Source of the DNA: Vicugna vicugna
Taxonomy: Eukaryota
Length of the DNA: 64,000 bases
Assembly: GCA_013265495.1 (NCBI GenBank)
Contig: MU058423.1
Location: forward strand, 7,574,721 to 7,638,720
Direction: 5' to 3'
Of the stretch, positions 38,651 through 53,364 are shown one piece after another (the first letter of the stretch is position 1; each line of letters opens with the position of its first letter). Under the pieces are notes generated by a model. That model did no database searches. It had not been told where the DNA came from and worked only from the letters and a program-made list of their open reading frames with translations. A program made the position numbers and the translations under genes.

Positions 38651-41600
38651 CTATTAAAACTCCTATAAGCTTGGCAATAGACCAACCACTGGGGCTCAAT
38701 ACACTACTTCAGAAACTGCATACTTCCTTGAGTCGTTCAACCCAGGATACAGTGCATCACAGCATGTAGGAGTAGACTGAAACCACCATGGACCAGAACA
38801 GCAGATCCAATCAGACAGCCTCCGCTTCTTAGATACCATGATTTTTCATGGCTGAACACATGATCAAAGCAAAGCATATCACCATTATTTTTCAGGGTTT
38901 GTCATAAGTGTTAGGAGGGATCAAACTGCTTTTCTTCAAATTATCATACATTCTTGGGCCATTCTGAGAATAAAACGAAATAGAACCAGAAGATCCCAAG
39001 AAATGCCAGGTTAATCCCTTGAATTGAACCACGCTTGACTAATGTGAACCAATAAATTTTGTTTTGTTTAGTTTTGTTTATTTGTTTATAAGTGGTGTTA
39101 GTTGAGTTTCTCTCACCTGCAATAAAAATAATCAAAACAATTCCTGTATAATTTCAGCATCAAGTGTGATGAAATTCCAGATGGATGGGGTTCAGACTGC
39201 ATGTAAGAATCCTTCAGTCTCATCCAAAAAATGCCTCTGGCTATTAGACAGCAAGTATCTAAAGATATTGCTTCAGATGTGGGACAACCAAGCTCCTGAC
39301 GGATTATGTCCAATGCCTTAAATAATCTTAACTGACTTGCCAGTATATGGTAATGGGGAATATGACTTCTTAGTTGTGGTCGGGAAAGTGGAAAAGTTGA
39401 GCTTTTCATCCTCACTGAGTTTGCCTGATGCTCAGTGACTCCAACGGAAAACACAATGAAGTGTTATGTCGTAGTGCAACTCAACATCCTGGGAGCACAC
39501 CTGTCAACAGGCAGCCATTAAAGAAGTACCCTGCAGCATGAATACATTTCTTACCTCAGTGTAGTGGTTCTAAGAAGGTGACTGGCACATTCATGCCTCT
39601 CTTTTCATACTAAGGTTTATTAAATTTAAAATGCTGGAGTGGAGAGTGAGGTTTGAAAAAGAGATGTTGATGTTTTACTGAAAAGTTCCTTCCATAAACC
39701 CTGTATACTTTCCAAACCACAGGCTTTGTGAGCACTTTGAAATATTGAGTTCCTAGAGAAAAAATCAAACTGATACCATTTGAAGACCTCATTATCCCTC
39801 CATATCATATCTTTGGGCTATGAAAGGGAGCCAAGTCATCTCTGTGCTCCCTGCCAAGAAGACATAGGCATTACCCTAAGTTACATGCAATGTGAGAACT
39901 GAGCATTTCTAGTGTTCGTGTAGAGAGCATAGTATCCTTAAGGAATTCCTTTAAATATCTTTTCACTCCTGGAAGCAGAAACAGTGATGCAGAGAGGGAC
40001 CAGTCTATGGCAGTCAAAAATACAGGTCTAAGAATTCCACTCAAACCCCTGGCAATAATGTGTTGAGTGCTGAATGCTGGAGGGAACCACTGTGTTCTTA
40101 AGAGGTTGAGGCGAAAAAAACAGAATAGCATTCTTAAGCCACTGCCCTTTCCTAAGAGTATATGTGTGGAAGCTCAGTAACAGGTAGGAAAATAGAAAAT
40201 TAAAAAAAAAATTATTTGGGCCAAAAAATTAATGGGATGCAGAGAGATGAACTAGCTGTTTCTAAGCATACAGGCTACATGCAGTCTATGATACCTTTGC
40301 CTACAGACGCAGAGAAGAGCCGAAAGCAAGAAGATGGTAGAAAATTGTAAGAGCGTGCCTATTCAGAAAAAACCATATTGGATGTTTAGCATTTTTCAGG
40401 TGTTCTTCGAGGTTCCAGAGATACATAGTCCCTGCGCACTTATGTATTTCATGAATTCCTTTTGTATGGCATGGTAGAAAGTAAGGTTTGGAAAAGAGGG
40501 AGCAATAGTTTAAGGGCAGACATGATAGGTAATGAAAGAAACCCCAAATCTCCCACATGGCATTACCCAGAATTGACAGCTATCAGCAGAGTAAAGTTAG
40601 GCATTGTTTTTTTTCCAGGGGTTTAAGCAGGTATCACGGGTAGAGGGTCATTTCATTCGATGCTTGGAGGAGCAAAGTCATGGGCAGATAGTAAACACTG
40701 AAAGCAGGTAATTACATAGAAACAGTAAGTGTCAGCAAGTCAAAGTCTGAGATGTGGAACAAAGACTCCAGAAATGGGGCGCTCTCTGAAGTGCTTAGAG
40801 AGAAACATTTAGGTTTTTCAGTGTGACTTTTCAATTCTGCATAATAGCATCTAGCTTTTGCTTTCTTTTACCTCATTTGTAGGTTCATGCCACGTAACAA
40901 CAAGAAAAACAAGACCACTACAAAAAGTTTTCTTGTAGTCTTAGAGTCTACTGTATCATCGACATTAAAGAAGTACATTGTTGGAATAATCTAATAACCT
41001 AGTTTTTGTTTGTTCATTCAAAAACATTGATTAAGCACCTAAGAGATGCTTAGGTGTTAGTTGCTGCAGGTAAAATTATGAACAAAATATCCAATGAGTA
41101 ATCTCTGAAGGTCCCTACTACTCACACTTTTAAAGGTACTTTCTAAATATTTTAGAAATTTAGGGCCTCAGGGCCTCCGTTCATTTGCTTTTATAACCTA
41201 GATATTTTTGAAGATCTCCGTCACTCAAAACCAATAGAAGGAAAGCAACAATTAGAAGGAGCAAAGCCAAAAAGTCAATCCTGTATCAAAGGAAATAAGA
41301 GCGAGATGAACCATAAACTATGAAAAGTGTTAGCTGGTAGGTCAGCTGAGGTAGGAAGCCGTTTATTTATTACCCTATAGTATCTAGATCTTTTATGAAT
41401 ATGACCCCAGACTCAAATGCTTGGACAAGAGGCATGATAACGATGAAGAGGATTACAGAGTGAAATGCCAACCACTTTGACAGGTATCCTCACAATAGTC
41501 ACACAGATCGAAACAGAAACAAATGCTTTTGTGAGGCTGAGTTACACTTAATCAACAGCAAAGTTTATAAGACAATCTAAACTTTTAGAATCTTTAAAGG

Positions 41601-44086
41601 TATTAAAGTCAGCTTTTGATGTTGCTGTTCTGCTTAGTAAATTACTAGTGAGAATACTAGTGACAGTCATTCTTTTAAGTGCATTTCTATTAGGAAAGTC
41701 AGTCTCTTGATATTCCTAATTGCAAATAATTGTTCATAATCAATTCTGCTTCTACATTGTCATATGTGGGAATGGAATTCCTAATTAAGTTCCCTATGAG
41801 TTTGAGGGTGTAGCTCTCTTTTAAAAAATACTTCTGTCTTGTTTTTCAAGAAATTTTTTGCACTTTTTATTCCTGATTGGATATCCTTTCTTATAGGTTA
41901 GTAAGATAATACATGCATGTGATAAAGACTCCAAATTCCATAAAAGAATATACAATGGAAAAATAAGCCCCAATTGATCTCATCCCGACAACTTTCAGTC
42001 CTGATCCCCAGAGGAAATCTTAATAATCTAGCTCTTGGATATCTACGTTTTTATATGATCCTCAAAAATACATTTAGGAAATTATTTTATATCAGGCTTT
42101 AATAAACCTCTTGAATTTGGAGAAAATGAGTCGTATACTGAGCCACTGGAAATATGTAATAACAAAGCAATATGAAACACCAAAAATATCTAAGTTTCTC
42201 TAAATGATAATATGTTCTTGCAAATCCATTGATTTCATTGTTTTCCTGCTTATTTGATGTTTTGTGTGTCAAGTGGTTTGAACGCATACTTTTCTCCAAA
42301 GAACTTGTGTGTCTGTGTGTGTGTGCCTGTGTGGCAAGGTGACGGTGGTGGTGGTGGGTTACTTAAAATATTTTTGCTTATATTACTACAATTGGCTGAC
42401 TCAGAGCAGAAGCAGTGTGGACTGACAAAGATCTGAATTTGGATCACTGACCAAATGATGCCAGAAAAAAAGGAAAAGATAGATGATAGGGTTGCTTGGA
42501 ATTAGAGATTGAGATGACCTATGCTGAGACTGAGATGACCCATGTTTATCTAATCAAGCCAATGAAGAATGGTTCCCTTTGGTAAAATGCCTAGTGCAGT
42601 TTATTTTTATGGCTCAAGAGATGGTACTTCTAACCACTTCACTTAATAGACTGTTTCACAATCTGTCCGATTTAATCATTTGGATGTTGCTTCTCTGATT
42701 GTCATCCTAACATTTTCTTTGCTTAATTTCATCAGATTTCCTCCACTTTTACTCTTTTATCACATTATTCCAGAGAAATATGACTGGCAGGCTTTAATGG
42801 ATGTATCTTGATGTATACCTTTAATTTGGGGCATTAAAATGATTAGGAAATTAAAACCATACGATCATTTCTTATCTGTCTCATTAACTGCCTTAAATAT
42901 TCCTATTATGATTTCACGTTGGTCCCATGAGTAATGATATAAGGAAGAACTCATTATGTTATGGAAAAAAACCCCTACACATTTATTAGATTTATACCTA
43001 GGGGTCAAAGTCCATTGCAATGTTATCCCTGATTAATATTATTTTACTTCCCTGAGTTGCAATTACGCTTTGCATAATGGGTGATCAGGATTCAGTACAA
43101 TAAAAGAGTCATGAAGGTCATGGTTGAACAAGTGGAATGTGGTGAGTAATAGCTCTGAGGTCTAGAGTGGTATTTAATATAGACTCCATTATTTTCCTAA
43201 TGTATGTACCTTTCTTTTTATCTAGAAATTAGGACATAACTAATGCCCAGTGACATCATGCTTCTTTTATCAAATGAAAGTCCCAGACCTTTGCATGGCA
43301 GGCTGAAAGAGAAGCAGTGCAAGGTTTCACTGCTGATACATAAACCTCTGTGTAAGGAAAAGTTCAATTTTCATTTGATCAAAAAAATGGATCATAAAAT
43401 ACACACATCTTTGTAATCCCCCCTGGATACTCTGTTTCACTGATCAGCAAAACACAGTTTTGTCTTTTTGTAAAAATGTGTAACTTTCGGTCCACATATG
43501 GAAAAGAGCCTTGAAGAACTCATATTCACATTTGTTGTTTGTAATTTTGTTATTTATTGCCACTTCAGGAACATTGCTCCCCTCCAAGGAAGCAGATGAA
43601 ACAGTTAGAGGGCACATGGGAGCACTGGGTCCACAAGGCACAGCTCTTTTCTTTTGCAGTTTGAGTTATTACACTCTTAGAAAATGGGTTGTAATCATTT
43701 AAAGCAATTAAAATAACGTATGATTTAATTATTGGACAACAGATAATTTAGATAAAGATTGTGTCAGGATATAATACTGCCAAAAATAAATCTAACCCTA
43801 TAATGCATAGAATGGAGGTAGGATTTCTAGAAGACATTCCACAAGAATCTCCCTATAGAATTGTAAGGGACAACAAGCCCTTGCTTTCCCAAGTCCTTTC
43901 TATCTGGAGTTACTGGTGTCTTCCAAGAGCACTTTTAAATTTACTATATGCTCAGCCAGTCCAGATATAGTTAGAAAATAAATGGGCAACTTTAGATTCA
44001 GTGACTAACAGGGCAAGGATTTTATTATACCTCTCTTTCCTATCTTGAAATCACTCCTATTTTTCTTTATTCAGAAATTTAGTTCC

Positions 44087-44386
44087 TGCTATGGTCTGGA
44101 TGTTTGTGTTGCCCTCAAATTTGTATGTTGAAATCCTAATGCTCAAGGTGAAGTGATAAAATAGAAGTTTAATGTCCTTTCAAAAGAGGCCCAGGAGAGC
44201 TCCTCTGCCCCTTCCATCATGTGAGAATACAAGAAGTCTGTGACCCAGAAGGGGACCCTCACCTGACCATGCTGGCACCCTGATCTTGAACTTTTAGCCT
44301 CTAGAACTATGAGAAATAGATTTATATTGTTTATAAGATACCCAGTCTGGGGTGTATTGTTACAGCAGCTGGAATGTGCTAAGACA
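44087..44386 (+). mobile_element. MLT1A-like MaLR solo LTR with 5-bp TSD
   Basis: tgctatggtctggatgtttgtg ... ctaagaca, flanked by GTTCC at 44082-44086 and 44387-44391. Confidence 0.92.
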
Positions 44387-45519
44387 GTTCCTGTGGGTGG
44401 CAACTCGGAAGTCAAACTCAGTCCTCGTGGCAAGAACACAGATGCCCGTGAAGGCACTTTCGAACCTTCCGTCTGGAGTGTTAAATCTTGCTCCCTGTAC
44501 CTCTAGTCACAGGCATCCTTCTAAAGAATAAAAAGATCGTCTGAAAAAAAAAACAGGTAATTTTTCACCTTTTCTTTAGAGCATTATTTTCCAGAGCTAT
44601 TGCCTACCACATTGGACAACTTCGGCTTTCTGTAATTAGCCAAAATGCACCTGAACTTGCTGTCCCCATTTGGGTGTTTTCACTAGAAGTCTCTGCTGTC
44701 CCTCAGGCACCTGCAGCTGATTAATTTCCTTTCATTCTCTCCTGTCTGGGATGGCCGGCTTGTCATATCGGGGTTCTCTCCCAGGAAAACTATCATACTT
44801 TACTCCTGACACTGAGATGGAGATTAGTGCTCTGTTTTCATTTAGCAAGTATTTTGCATGTCAAGTGCTTAGGGTTTCTCCAGGAGCAGAACATGAGGGA
44901 GGTCCCTATACACTATTGGTTATTGCTCAATTTCAGTGAAAATTGATTTGAGTGGACATGAGTTTCTCACCAAACTGAAAATCTCGGAATGGGCAAAAGC
45001 TATCGCCAGGCTGTATGTAATGTACTGTCCACACTGGGATCCTTTTGAGAGTGAAAGGAAGAGGGAAAATATTAAGCTTACAAGAGACCCAGGACACCAA
45101 GCATAAACCAGGCAAAATTAATTTATAATGACTGGCGATTATGTTTCCAGTGCCAGAATTAAAGAATGCATTATTGTGCACATTTATTTATCGCTCCACT
45201 AAATGACCACAATATACTAGACAGTTTGCTAGACCCTCAGGCTACATGGAAATTATGGAAGACATATTTTTTTCGTTCATGCACCTTGTAATCTAATAGT
45301 GAAAGCAACTGAACAATGTTAAATATGAAGAGGACTGCAAAACAATGGAAAAATACGATAGGAAAGTAAAAGTAGGGATGGAGACTAACTGTGGGAATCA
45401 GACAAAGAAACTTGGGAAAGGGACACAACAAAGCTGAAATCTTAAAAATGAGCAGAATTTAACTTGGTAGCAGGTAGAGAAAAATGTATTTAAAGAAAAA
45501 AGAAAAAAAAAAGTAAAGC

Positions 45520-45995
45520 TGCCAAGATGGCTTTAACATTCCCCTCAGTGTGCCTAAACTTTAGACAGACTTCTTCCTGATCTGGACCCCTGAACTTTTC
45601 TTAGAGCCTTTACTTTAGAAAATATAACTGCAAGTTCTTTCTCTACCCCTATGACATGTAAATATTATCTCAGCTTCCTGTTAATCTTACAAACCAGGAA
45701 TGCCTTTCTCAAGCACCTGGGAGCTATCCTTTTGAAATGCAATCATCAAGGAGATGGCACCACTATCTCTCAGTCTCTGTGGGAGGGCAGGAGCCTAATC
45801 TAGATAAGAGATAATTAGCAAACCCAGATTGCCCCCCATGCAATGTTCTCCAGCACTTTTCCATTAGTTCACCCCAGTTTTAAAATTCTTTTGCCTTTTG
45901 TTTCAGTGGAATTGAGTTCAATCTCTCCTACAGCAATTGTCTTGAATAGTCTTCCTTGACTGTTTCATTCTATCCCATGCAGTGTTTCTTTTACA
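45520..45995 (+). mobile_element. MER31/MER67-like ERV1 solo LTR with 4-bp TSD
   Basis: TG...CA ends flanked by AAGC at 45516-45519 and 45996-45999; ctaaactttagacag, cagtctctgtgggagggcaggagcctaa, gaattgagttcaatctctc; appears to interrupt an antisense L2. Confidence 0.85.
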
Positions 45996-47819
45996 AAGCT
46001 CAGCCAAAAATGGACAACATGATGCTTCTGAGGAACAGAAGGATGACCAATATGGCTAGAGTGTGGAGAATTTAAAGGAGTGATTAGTCGTTTTATGTTG
46101 CTGGAGAGAGCAGAGCAACTTTCAGTTAGTGACATTCTGTTGAGAAAATGACTGATTGTGATTTTTCAAAATCAAACTTTAATAACCTAAACCCTAAACA
46201 TCTGGTCCTGATGAATTCTCTCTTTAATGCCAGGTTCCTCCAAACCAATGTTTACATTTTAGCCACTAGCTCAACAACATAATTGAATTCTATATATCAT
46301 AGGCTATGCTCATCACCACATTAGAATGTTAAAAAAAATAAAGAAATGCTAATCTGACTTTTGGAACTTCATATTAAAGTGAGCTATTTATATAGCAATA
46401 TTCAGAATGTACCTTCCATGAGAGACTTAGAAGACGGATATTCAAGCTGAGATTGTTAATTTCAATGTTTTTGGAACTCATAGCTTCCCTACTTGTTAAG
46501 CCTTTTCAGTCATTAGTCTCCTCTACAACCTCTTCCTATTAAATTATTTTTTGATTATTCTGTATTTTCATAGTTGTATAATTGGCTCAGCCCCATAGAA
46601 GCTAATGAGAGGTTTCTTAGAGCAAGTGCTATCAATAACTCATAACATCATTTTGACATTATCCACTAATAAGTTCACCTATAGACATGAAACACGGGAA
46701 GAAAGAGGTCTCTCTATGTCCATAAAATCTCATCAAATTTTATACTGGAACATAATGATGGAGAATTAACCAAGATTATGAGCTTTTGGAGCACAGAGGT
46801 TACTCTTTAATGTCTTTGATTTTCCCCTCAACATACTTCCTATATTGTTTTACATTTAACTAATTATAGAAGGAGACTGAAAATGGATCACTGTTTTTAA
46901 CTTTCTCTTTAGCATTAAGGAGTGACTCATCAGATAACCTCTACTGGGGACTCGTTCCTGAGACCCCATAGAAGCAGGTGTTCTTACTTAATCTTTATGT
47001 GGTCCTCTATCACTGGTGCTTACTGTTTTCTCCACAACAGTCATTTGTCGGTATACATTTATTTATTTTTCCTGCCTAATACCCATTTTCTTCACTAGAA
47101 AACCAGCTCAGTAGAGCTGAGGAGCAAATCCTTTGGCTCACCAGCATGCCCAACAGTCTTCCTGGATTTAGAGATGTTCAATAAAATGTCTTGAATGGAG
47201 AATCAATCAGTCACCTCCAACATATATTCCCTCTATATTCTCCAAACATTAAAGTAGATATGAAAGTTTTTAACGTGCAAATGTAAGTGATAAATATAAT
47301 TTAAAATGTCTACATATATGCATATATAATAAAAAGGAAAATGAGAATTTAGAGCCATTAAGCCATCATTAGCACAGTATACAAAAATATGTCTACTTCT
47401 TTTATTACTTATTAATATTCAACTGACCAGAAAAGTTAAAACTAATTTTTGAATGCATTTAACTGAAATCTGAGTTACAGCTCACAAGTAAATTTAATCT
47501 GCTTTTGCACTCCAGCCAAAATTGGGGAAAATTTCAGCATTAGAAGATAAAGAAAAAGTTATCAAAATAATAGGAACTGAGCCATTAGTGCTTGAAAATG
47601 CAGAAGTAACTAGACTAATGAAAGACATTGATTCCACTCCACCAAATGAAGCACTAAATTACTGAAAAATAAGAAACTAAAGAAAATCTTGGCAGAATAA
47701 TTGAAAGCTGGTTACAGAAACTTGACCCAGAACCATAATCCTAACTCAGTTTCATCACGCCCAAAAAATGAAAAAAAAAAGTTAATAATAGGATACAAAC
47801 ACCAATACTCATAATGTTA

Positions 47820-48060
47820 CTACTACTAATAGTTATACTGAAAGTAATAGCTCACTTATGTTGATTACTTCTTATGTTAGAGTCAGCATAAGGCTTATTA
47901 TGCATTAGTTTACTTATCACTTAACAACTATGGGGTAGGTGCTATCATCATCAATGTGTTACAAAAAAAGGAAGTTGAGGTACAAAGATAACTTGCCAAA
48001 GTTCTCACGGGTAGTAATTGGAGGGCCAAAGTTAAACCTAGTTAATCCAATTCCTCTCAG
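47820..48060 (-). mobile_element. MIR SINE
   Basis: taatagctcacttat, aacaactatggggtaggtgctat, taacttgccaaagttc. Confidence 0.65.
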
Positions 48061-48164
48061 GCTGAAATGGTGTTAAAAATATATTCCAACCAGCCCTTCA
48101 GATGAAGATCTGGTAGGAGGATATAGATAAAAATGTGGGGGAAAAAAAGAAAATTGATTTTTCA

Positions 48165-50878
48165 AAAAAATATACTTTTTGTTTCGACAATGAGTTTTTA
48201 GGTACAACACAAAATACATGATCTAGGAAAGAAAACTTAGATAAGTTGAACTTTATTCAAACTAAAAATCCCTGTCCTGTGAGAGATACTAATAAGAAAA
48301 GAGAAAAGAAAAGCTATAGACAGAGATAAAATATTTGCAAAACACATATAAACTAGAGGAATTCTATCCAAAATATACAAAGAACCCATAAACTTCAATA
48401 AAAAGTAAAAAAAAAATCCAATTAAAAATGAGCAAAAGATCCGAACAGACACATCACCAAACAAGATATACAGATAGTACAGAAGCTTAAGAAAAGATGT
48501 TCAACACAGTTTATCATTAGGAAATTGCAAAATAAAGCAATAATGAGATACCATTGCACACCTATTAAAATGGATACACCAGGCACAAAATGCTAGTAGA
48601 GAGGATGTAAGGCAAAAGGAATAGGAACTGTCATTCATTATTGGTGGGAAAGCAAAATGGTACAGCCACTTTAGGGGACACTTTGGCAGTCACTTTAAAA
48701 ACTAAATATATTCTTATCATAAAATCCAGCAGTCGGGGTCCTGGATATTACCCAAGTGATTTGAAAACGTATGGCCATACAAGAACTTGCACATGAATGT
48801 ATACAGAACCTACATTCACAGTTGCCAAAACCTGAAACTAAGTGAGATGTCCTTCAGCAGGTGAATGGATAGACAAACTGTGGTATATCCGTATAATAAA
48901 AATATTATTCATCAATAAAAAGAAATGAGCTATCAATCCACAAAAAGATAGGGGGGAACCTGAAATGTATATTGCTAAGTGAAAGAAGCCAGTCTGAAAA
49001 GGCTTTATATAGCATAACTTCAATTATATTATGAACTTCAATTTACTCTGTGGAAAACGCAAAAGTATAGAGACAGAAAAAACATCAGTGGATGCTTGTG
49101 GTGTAGGGTAAAACTAGCTAAGCACAGGGGATTTTTAGGGCAGTTAAACTGTTCTGTACAATATTCTAATTATGTATTTGACATTAAGCATTTGTCAAAA
49201 CCCACAGATTTTACACTATAAAGAATAAACTTTAATCTATGCAAATTAAAAATTACTTAAAAGACGATTAGGGGATCCCAGGAAGGCATGCACACTGTGA
49301 GGAGACTCCAACTGTACTACAAACATATAAACAACTTCATGAAGAGAACTGGGGGAAAGTGCTAGCTTAAGTAACCTTGGTCATGACTAGACTCTATGAG
49401 ACCGAAGTCAAAATGAATCACATCTAAGCACTGTGTTTTAGTTGATAAAGCTGCTTCCCACAGGGGTACACGTTATAAATTCTTATGTTTTTATATAAGC
49501 ACACTGAAGTTAAACAGTCGTCTAAAGGCTTGGCCATTGCTGGGAGTCAGGTTTCTCACGGTTGCAGTGGGGATTTACAGATAAGCAGGGCAGGGAGCCT
49601 AGAATGACCTATGTGGTAATGACTAGAGTTGAAACTTCAGTTTGAACTCATGCTTAGTTTAATATAAATGCAGATGATTATATATACAAACATTCATAGA
49701 TGAGAATATTCACACACACACACACACACACATTTCCTTGCTCTGTCAAATGAGACTGCCTAGAAGCAATGACACTCCTGTAGCAAAGAACACACTATAC
49801 CCAGATCTTGCTCTCTAATATCATTCTCCAATAAAAGGAAATAGGCCCTTAGAGGAATGGCTGATTCTAAACTGGGGCAGGAAATACATGAGATGAGCCT
49901 GGAGCATCTTGTGCCAGAAAGTAAGGAAGGTCTCAAAACAAAAACAGTAAAGACTTACACTGATGGGAGCACATCAGAGGGACACAGGAGCCAGTTGGAA
50001 GAGTTCCCAGTGGTCAAAGGTGGTGCAATTTGAGTGGCAAAATAAAGTAATTTTGGATTATAATACAAACTATAAAATAAATATCCATGAATTCATAAAT
50101 CCATACTGATAAAAATAATTATAAACATACTATTGGGTAAATTAAAAAATTGGGAAGAAAGGACAATTTTCCTTTGCAGAAAAATTCCAAGTAATTGATA
50201 TACATACTCCATCCTCAACAATGAGAAGCATAAATCCAAATTTATACAGTGTAGGCTTTGCATTGTGACTTCTTCCCAAAGAGTAGAAAATGGAAAGGGG
50301 GAAAAAGATTAATTTTATAGTGAGAAAACCTGGCAAACACTACCTCAACCAGGTGATCAAGGTCAATATTAACAGTAATAAATCCTGTTGCGAGCATGAC
50401 CCCTTGTTACGATGTGATGAAAACAGCATTTTAGTTACATGGTGTTCCTCCTCAAACCCATAACTTTAATCTAATCATGAGTAAAACATCAGACAAATTC
50501 TAATTGAAGGTGCCCGACAAAATGCTTGACAAGTAATTCTCAAATACATCAAGGTCATCAAAAACAAGGAAAGTCTGAGAAAAACTGCCAAGAGGAGCTG
50601 ATAGACATGAGAAGTGAATATCAGGTGGTAACTGGGATGGGATCCTACAGCAGAAAAAGAATGTATGTAAAAGCTAAGGAAGTTAAAATAAGGTATGAAC
50701 TTTTATTAATAATAATGTATCAATGTTGGCTTATTCTTTGTAATAGATGCACCATACTAAGGTTAGATATTAATTATACAAGAAAATGAGTGAGAAGTAT
50801 TTGGGAACTCACAGTACTAAATTCTTAATTATGTTGTAAATTTCAAACTATCCTAAACTATAAAGTCTTAAAAAAAAC
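48165..50878 (+). mobile_element. L1MC/L1MD-type 3' portion (ORF2 end plus long 3'UTR)
   Basis: ORF2 C-terminal motifs (aatgagataccat, aaaatggtacagccact, ctaagtgaaagaagccagtctg) followed by a long 3'UTR (gctgattctaaactggggcaggaaatac, gagaaaacctggcaaacactacct) and an A-tail. Confidence 0.85.
49710..49732. repeat. (CA)n microsatellite
   Basis: About 11 CA units inside the L1 3'UTR. Confidence 0.9.
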
Positions 50879-50904
50879 CCAATATTTTATGTCAGGGAAA
50901 CAGT

Positions 50905-51232
50905 CCCTTTATATTCACTTAATTCACCTGTCCACATTCTACAAAAACCAGAACGGCCTTGAAGGAAGGCAGTGGACTACTCCACTCAAATGTGAAGTAG
51001 CACTGATCTACAGCCACCATGCCGAATGTGGAATCTTTGCCAGAGTAGATTAACATATTATGATACATTATGTAGCCATTGCTCTGGAAAATCCATCCTT
51101 TTCTATCCTCTTAAGAAGATTAGTAATGGTTTTCATGCAATTAGAATAAAAGACAGCATCCATTTAGTTTTGGAACAAGGCTGTATTAACTCTCTCATCC
51201 TTAGGCATAATATAGTCTGAAGACATCTAAAC
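50905..51232 (+). pseudogene. ERVL-type pol (reverse transcriptase) fossil fragment
   Basis: Frameshifted translation SLNSPVHILQKPERP*RKAVDY / TATMPNVESLPE*INI / YVAIALENPSFSIL / LEQGCINSLILRHNIV*RHL parallels ERVL RT motifs NSPVW..QKPDG.WR..VDY, AAVPDVVSLLEQIN, YAAIDLANAFFSIP, LPQGYINSPALCHN.V. Confidence 0.8.
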
Positions 51233-51245
51233 TACTCAAATATTC

Positions 51246-51550
51246 TGTATTACTTTTCTGTGGCTGCCACAAATTATCACAAAGTTGGTGGCTTAAAACA
51301 ACAGAAATCTAGTCTTTCTTAGTTCGGGAGACCAGAAGTCTGAAATCAAGATGTAGAAAGGACCATGCTGGCTTCAGAGGCTCGAGAAGGTGAACTTCCT
51401 TAAATTCCAGCTTCCAGAGGCTACTGGCAATCCTTGGCTTGCGGCCATATCTCTGCTCTATCTTTAATTCACATCATCTTCTCTTCTGTGCTAGTGAATA
51501 TACCTTTGTCCTCTCTTATAAAGATATATGTGATTGTATATTGGATAATA
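51246..51550 (-). mobile_element. MLT1B/C-like MaLR LTR, partial
   Basis: tgtattacttttctgtggctgcc, ggtggcttaaaacaacagaaat, ccagaagtctgaaatcaagatgt, ctggcaatccttggcttg. Confidence 0.85.
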
Positions 51551-52539
51551 GATATCTATATCTGCATATTTAATATCTGTAAGAGATTATTAAATTCATC
51601 AGAATAAATAAGATTGAAGAGGGAAAAGCAGAGGAGAGGGGCAGGGGAGAGAGAAATACAGAGAGAATAGATATAGTAAAGAAAAAAAAGCTAGGAATAA
51701 ATATTGGAGAACATCTATGTTTAGGAATTAAGGTAAGAAAGAAAGAAAAGGAAGAGCTGGTTTCTATCATTTGCAAAACAAAAAGCTTAGACTAGTTTTC
51801 TATTAACAGAGCTACATGGAAGGGCTAATATGACCATCCAAAAGCCCAAATTCAAACCTCCAGAAGCTAAGAATGAGTGTGTGCGATACGGATGTGCTTC
51901 TATAAAAACTATGATCTATAGAAAATGTCACTATCTAAACTCCTCCAAGATTGCTTTAACTAAATATTCTGTGATTTATAAAAAGTAAAAAATAAGCATT
52001 TCAATCTGAGACAAGGAAAAGGTTTTGTTTTTGCTTTTGTAATTAAAACCTGGCATCTCCTAGTATTTTCAATATATTTACAGAAAAAAAACTAAAAATA
52101 TTTAATTATCAATTTGCAAATTTCTTGAGAAACTTACAGCTTTTTTTTTTCCATCTAGGCCTGCATAATTCACTTTCACAGTCAATATGAAGCCCCTATT
52201 TGTATACCCATTTTATTAGCAGCCCAATATATTTTAATCTTCAGAATAGACAATAAACACAGATTCAAATTCCCATATGTATCTTTAAATCTATTTTTCT
52301 TGTGTAAAATTGTATATTTTCTCCTATTTCCTCCTTTTCTAATCAGATTTCTTGGGTAATAAAACTTCTATGCTTTGGTGTTTCCATTTGGCATTTATTC
52401 AGTGAAACCATCTTGAAAGTACTGGTGTGTAGTTAGGCTAATTAATGCATCTAAAAGTTATTATTATTATTTTTAAATCTTCCTACCAGGATCAAAAGAG
52501 GGTCCTCTCCTCTCCAAATACATCTGAAATCTCCTTGCT

Positions 52540-52712
52540 TTCCATCATAGCAGTTATAAATACGTATTTATTTACTATTACATTGTCTGTTCCTTCCACT
52601 AGAAAGTAAGCCCTATGCGAACAGAATAGCTTTGTTCCCCACAACAGCACTTAGAACAGAGCTCAGCTTGAGCCGAACGTTTCATAAATACATACTGAAT
52701 GAATGAATAAAT
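52540..52712 (+). mobile_element. L2 3' end
   Basis: tgtctgttccttccactagaaagtaagccctatg ... actgaatgaatgaataa. Confidence 0.7.
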
Positions 52713-53364
52713 GTATTTCTGCCATATACTTGAAAACAATTCTATTCAAAATTCACTTTTCTTGCTGTACAGAGGATCTTTTATCATTACTAAGGAAATT
52801 TTTCCAAGTTTAATTAATGTTAAATAATGGGTTTTGACAAAAAAAAGACTGCAAATACTAATTTTATTCATAAACTTCTTATATATATAAAATATTAATT
52901 TAAATCTAATGTAAATTTAATTTACATGAAGTTTAAGGAAATAAGAACACAAACTGCATACAAAAGTTATCTGAATAAGTAAAACCACATTCTCTAATTA
53001 TCCTAAATTAGTTTTCATTCATGGCTTACCACAATCAAAATGATAATATTCATTAAATTAAGGAATCAGTTCTTTGCTCTGATTTTTTTTTTTTTGGCCA
53101 AGAAGAAAATAAAAAAATTTGTTTTTAGTTATCAGTTTTTAAAATTTATACACTTGAAAAATTTTAATATATCCTTCCAAATGTATTTAATTGCTCTGGG
53201 CAGCAGGTTACACTTCAATTAACTTCTCTTATTCTAGACTGTTTTACAGTTTAGTTGAGGTAACAGGCATGCTAAATGAATGGGTATATAGAAGTCATTG
53301 ATTACACTTAGTTAATTTATAATATAAATGAGCTTCAGGTTGCTTTTTAATCTGGCTTCTGACC

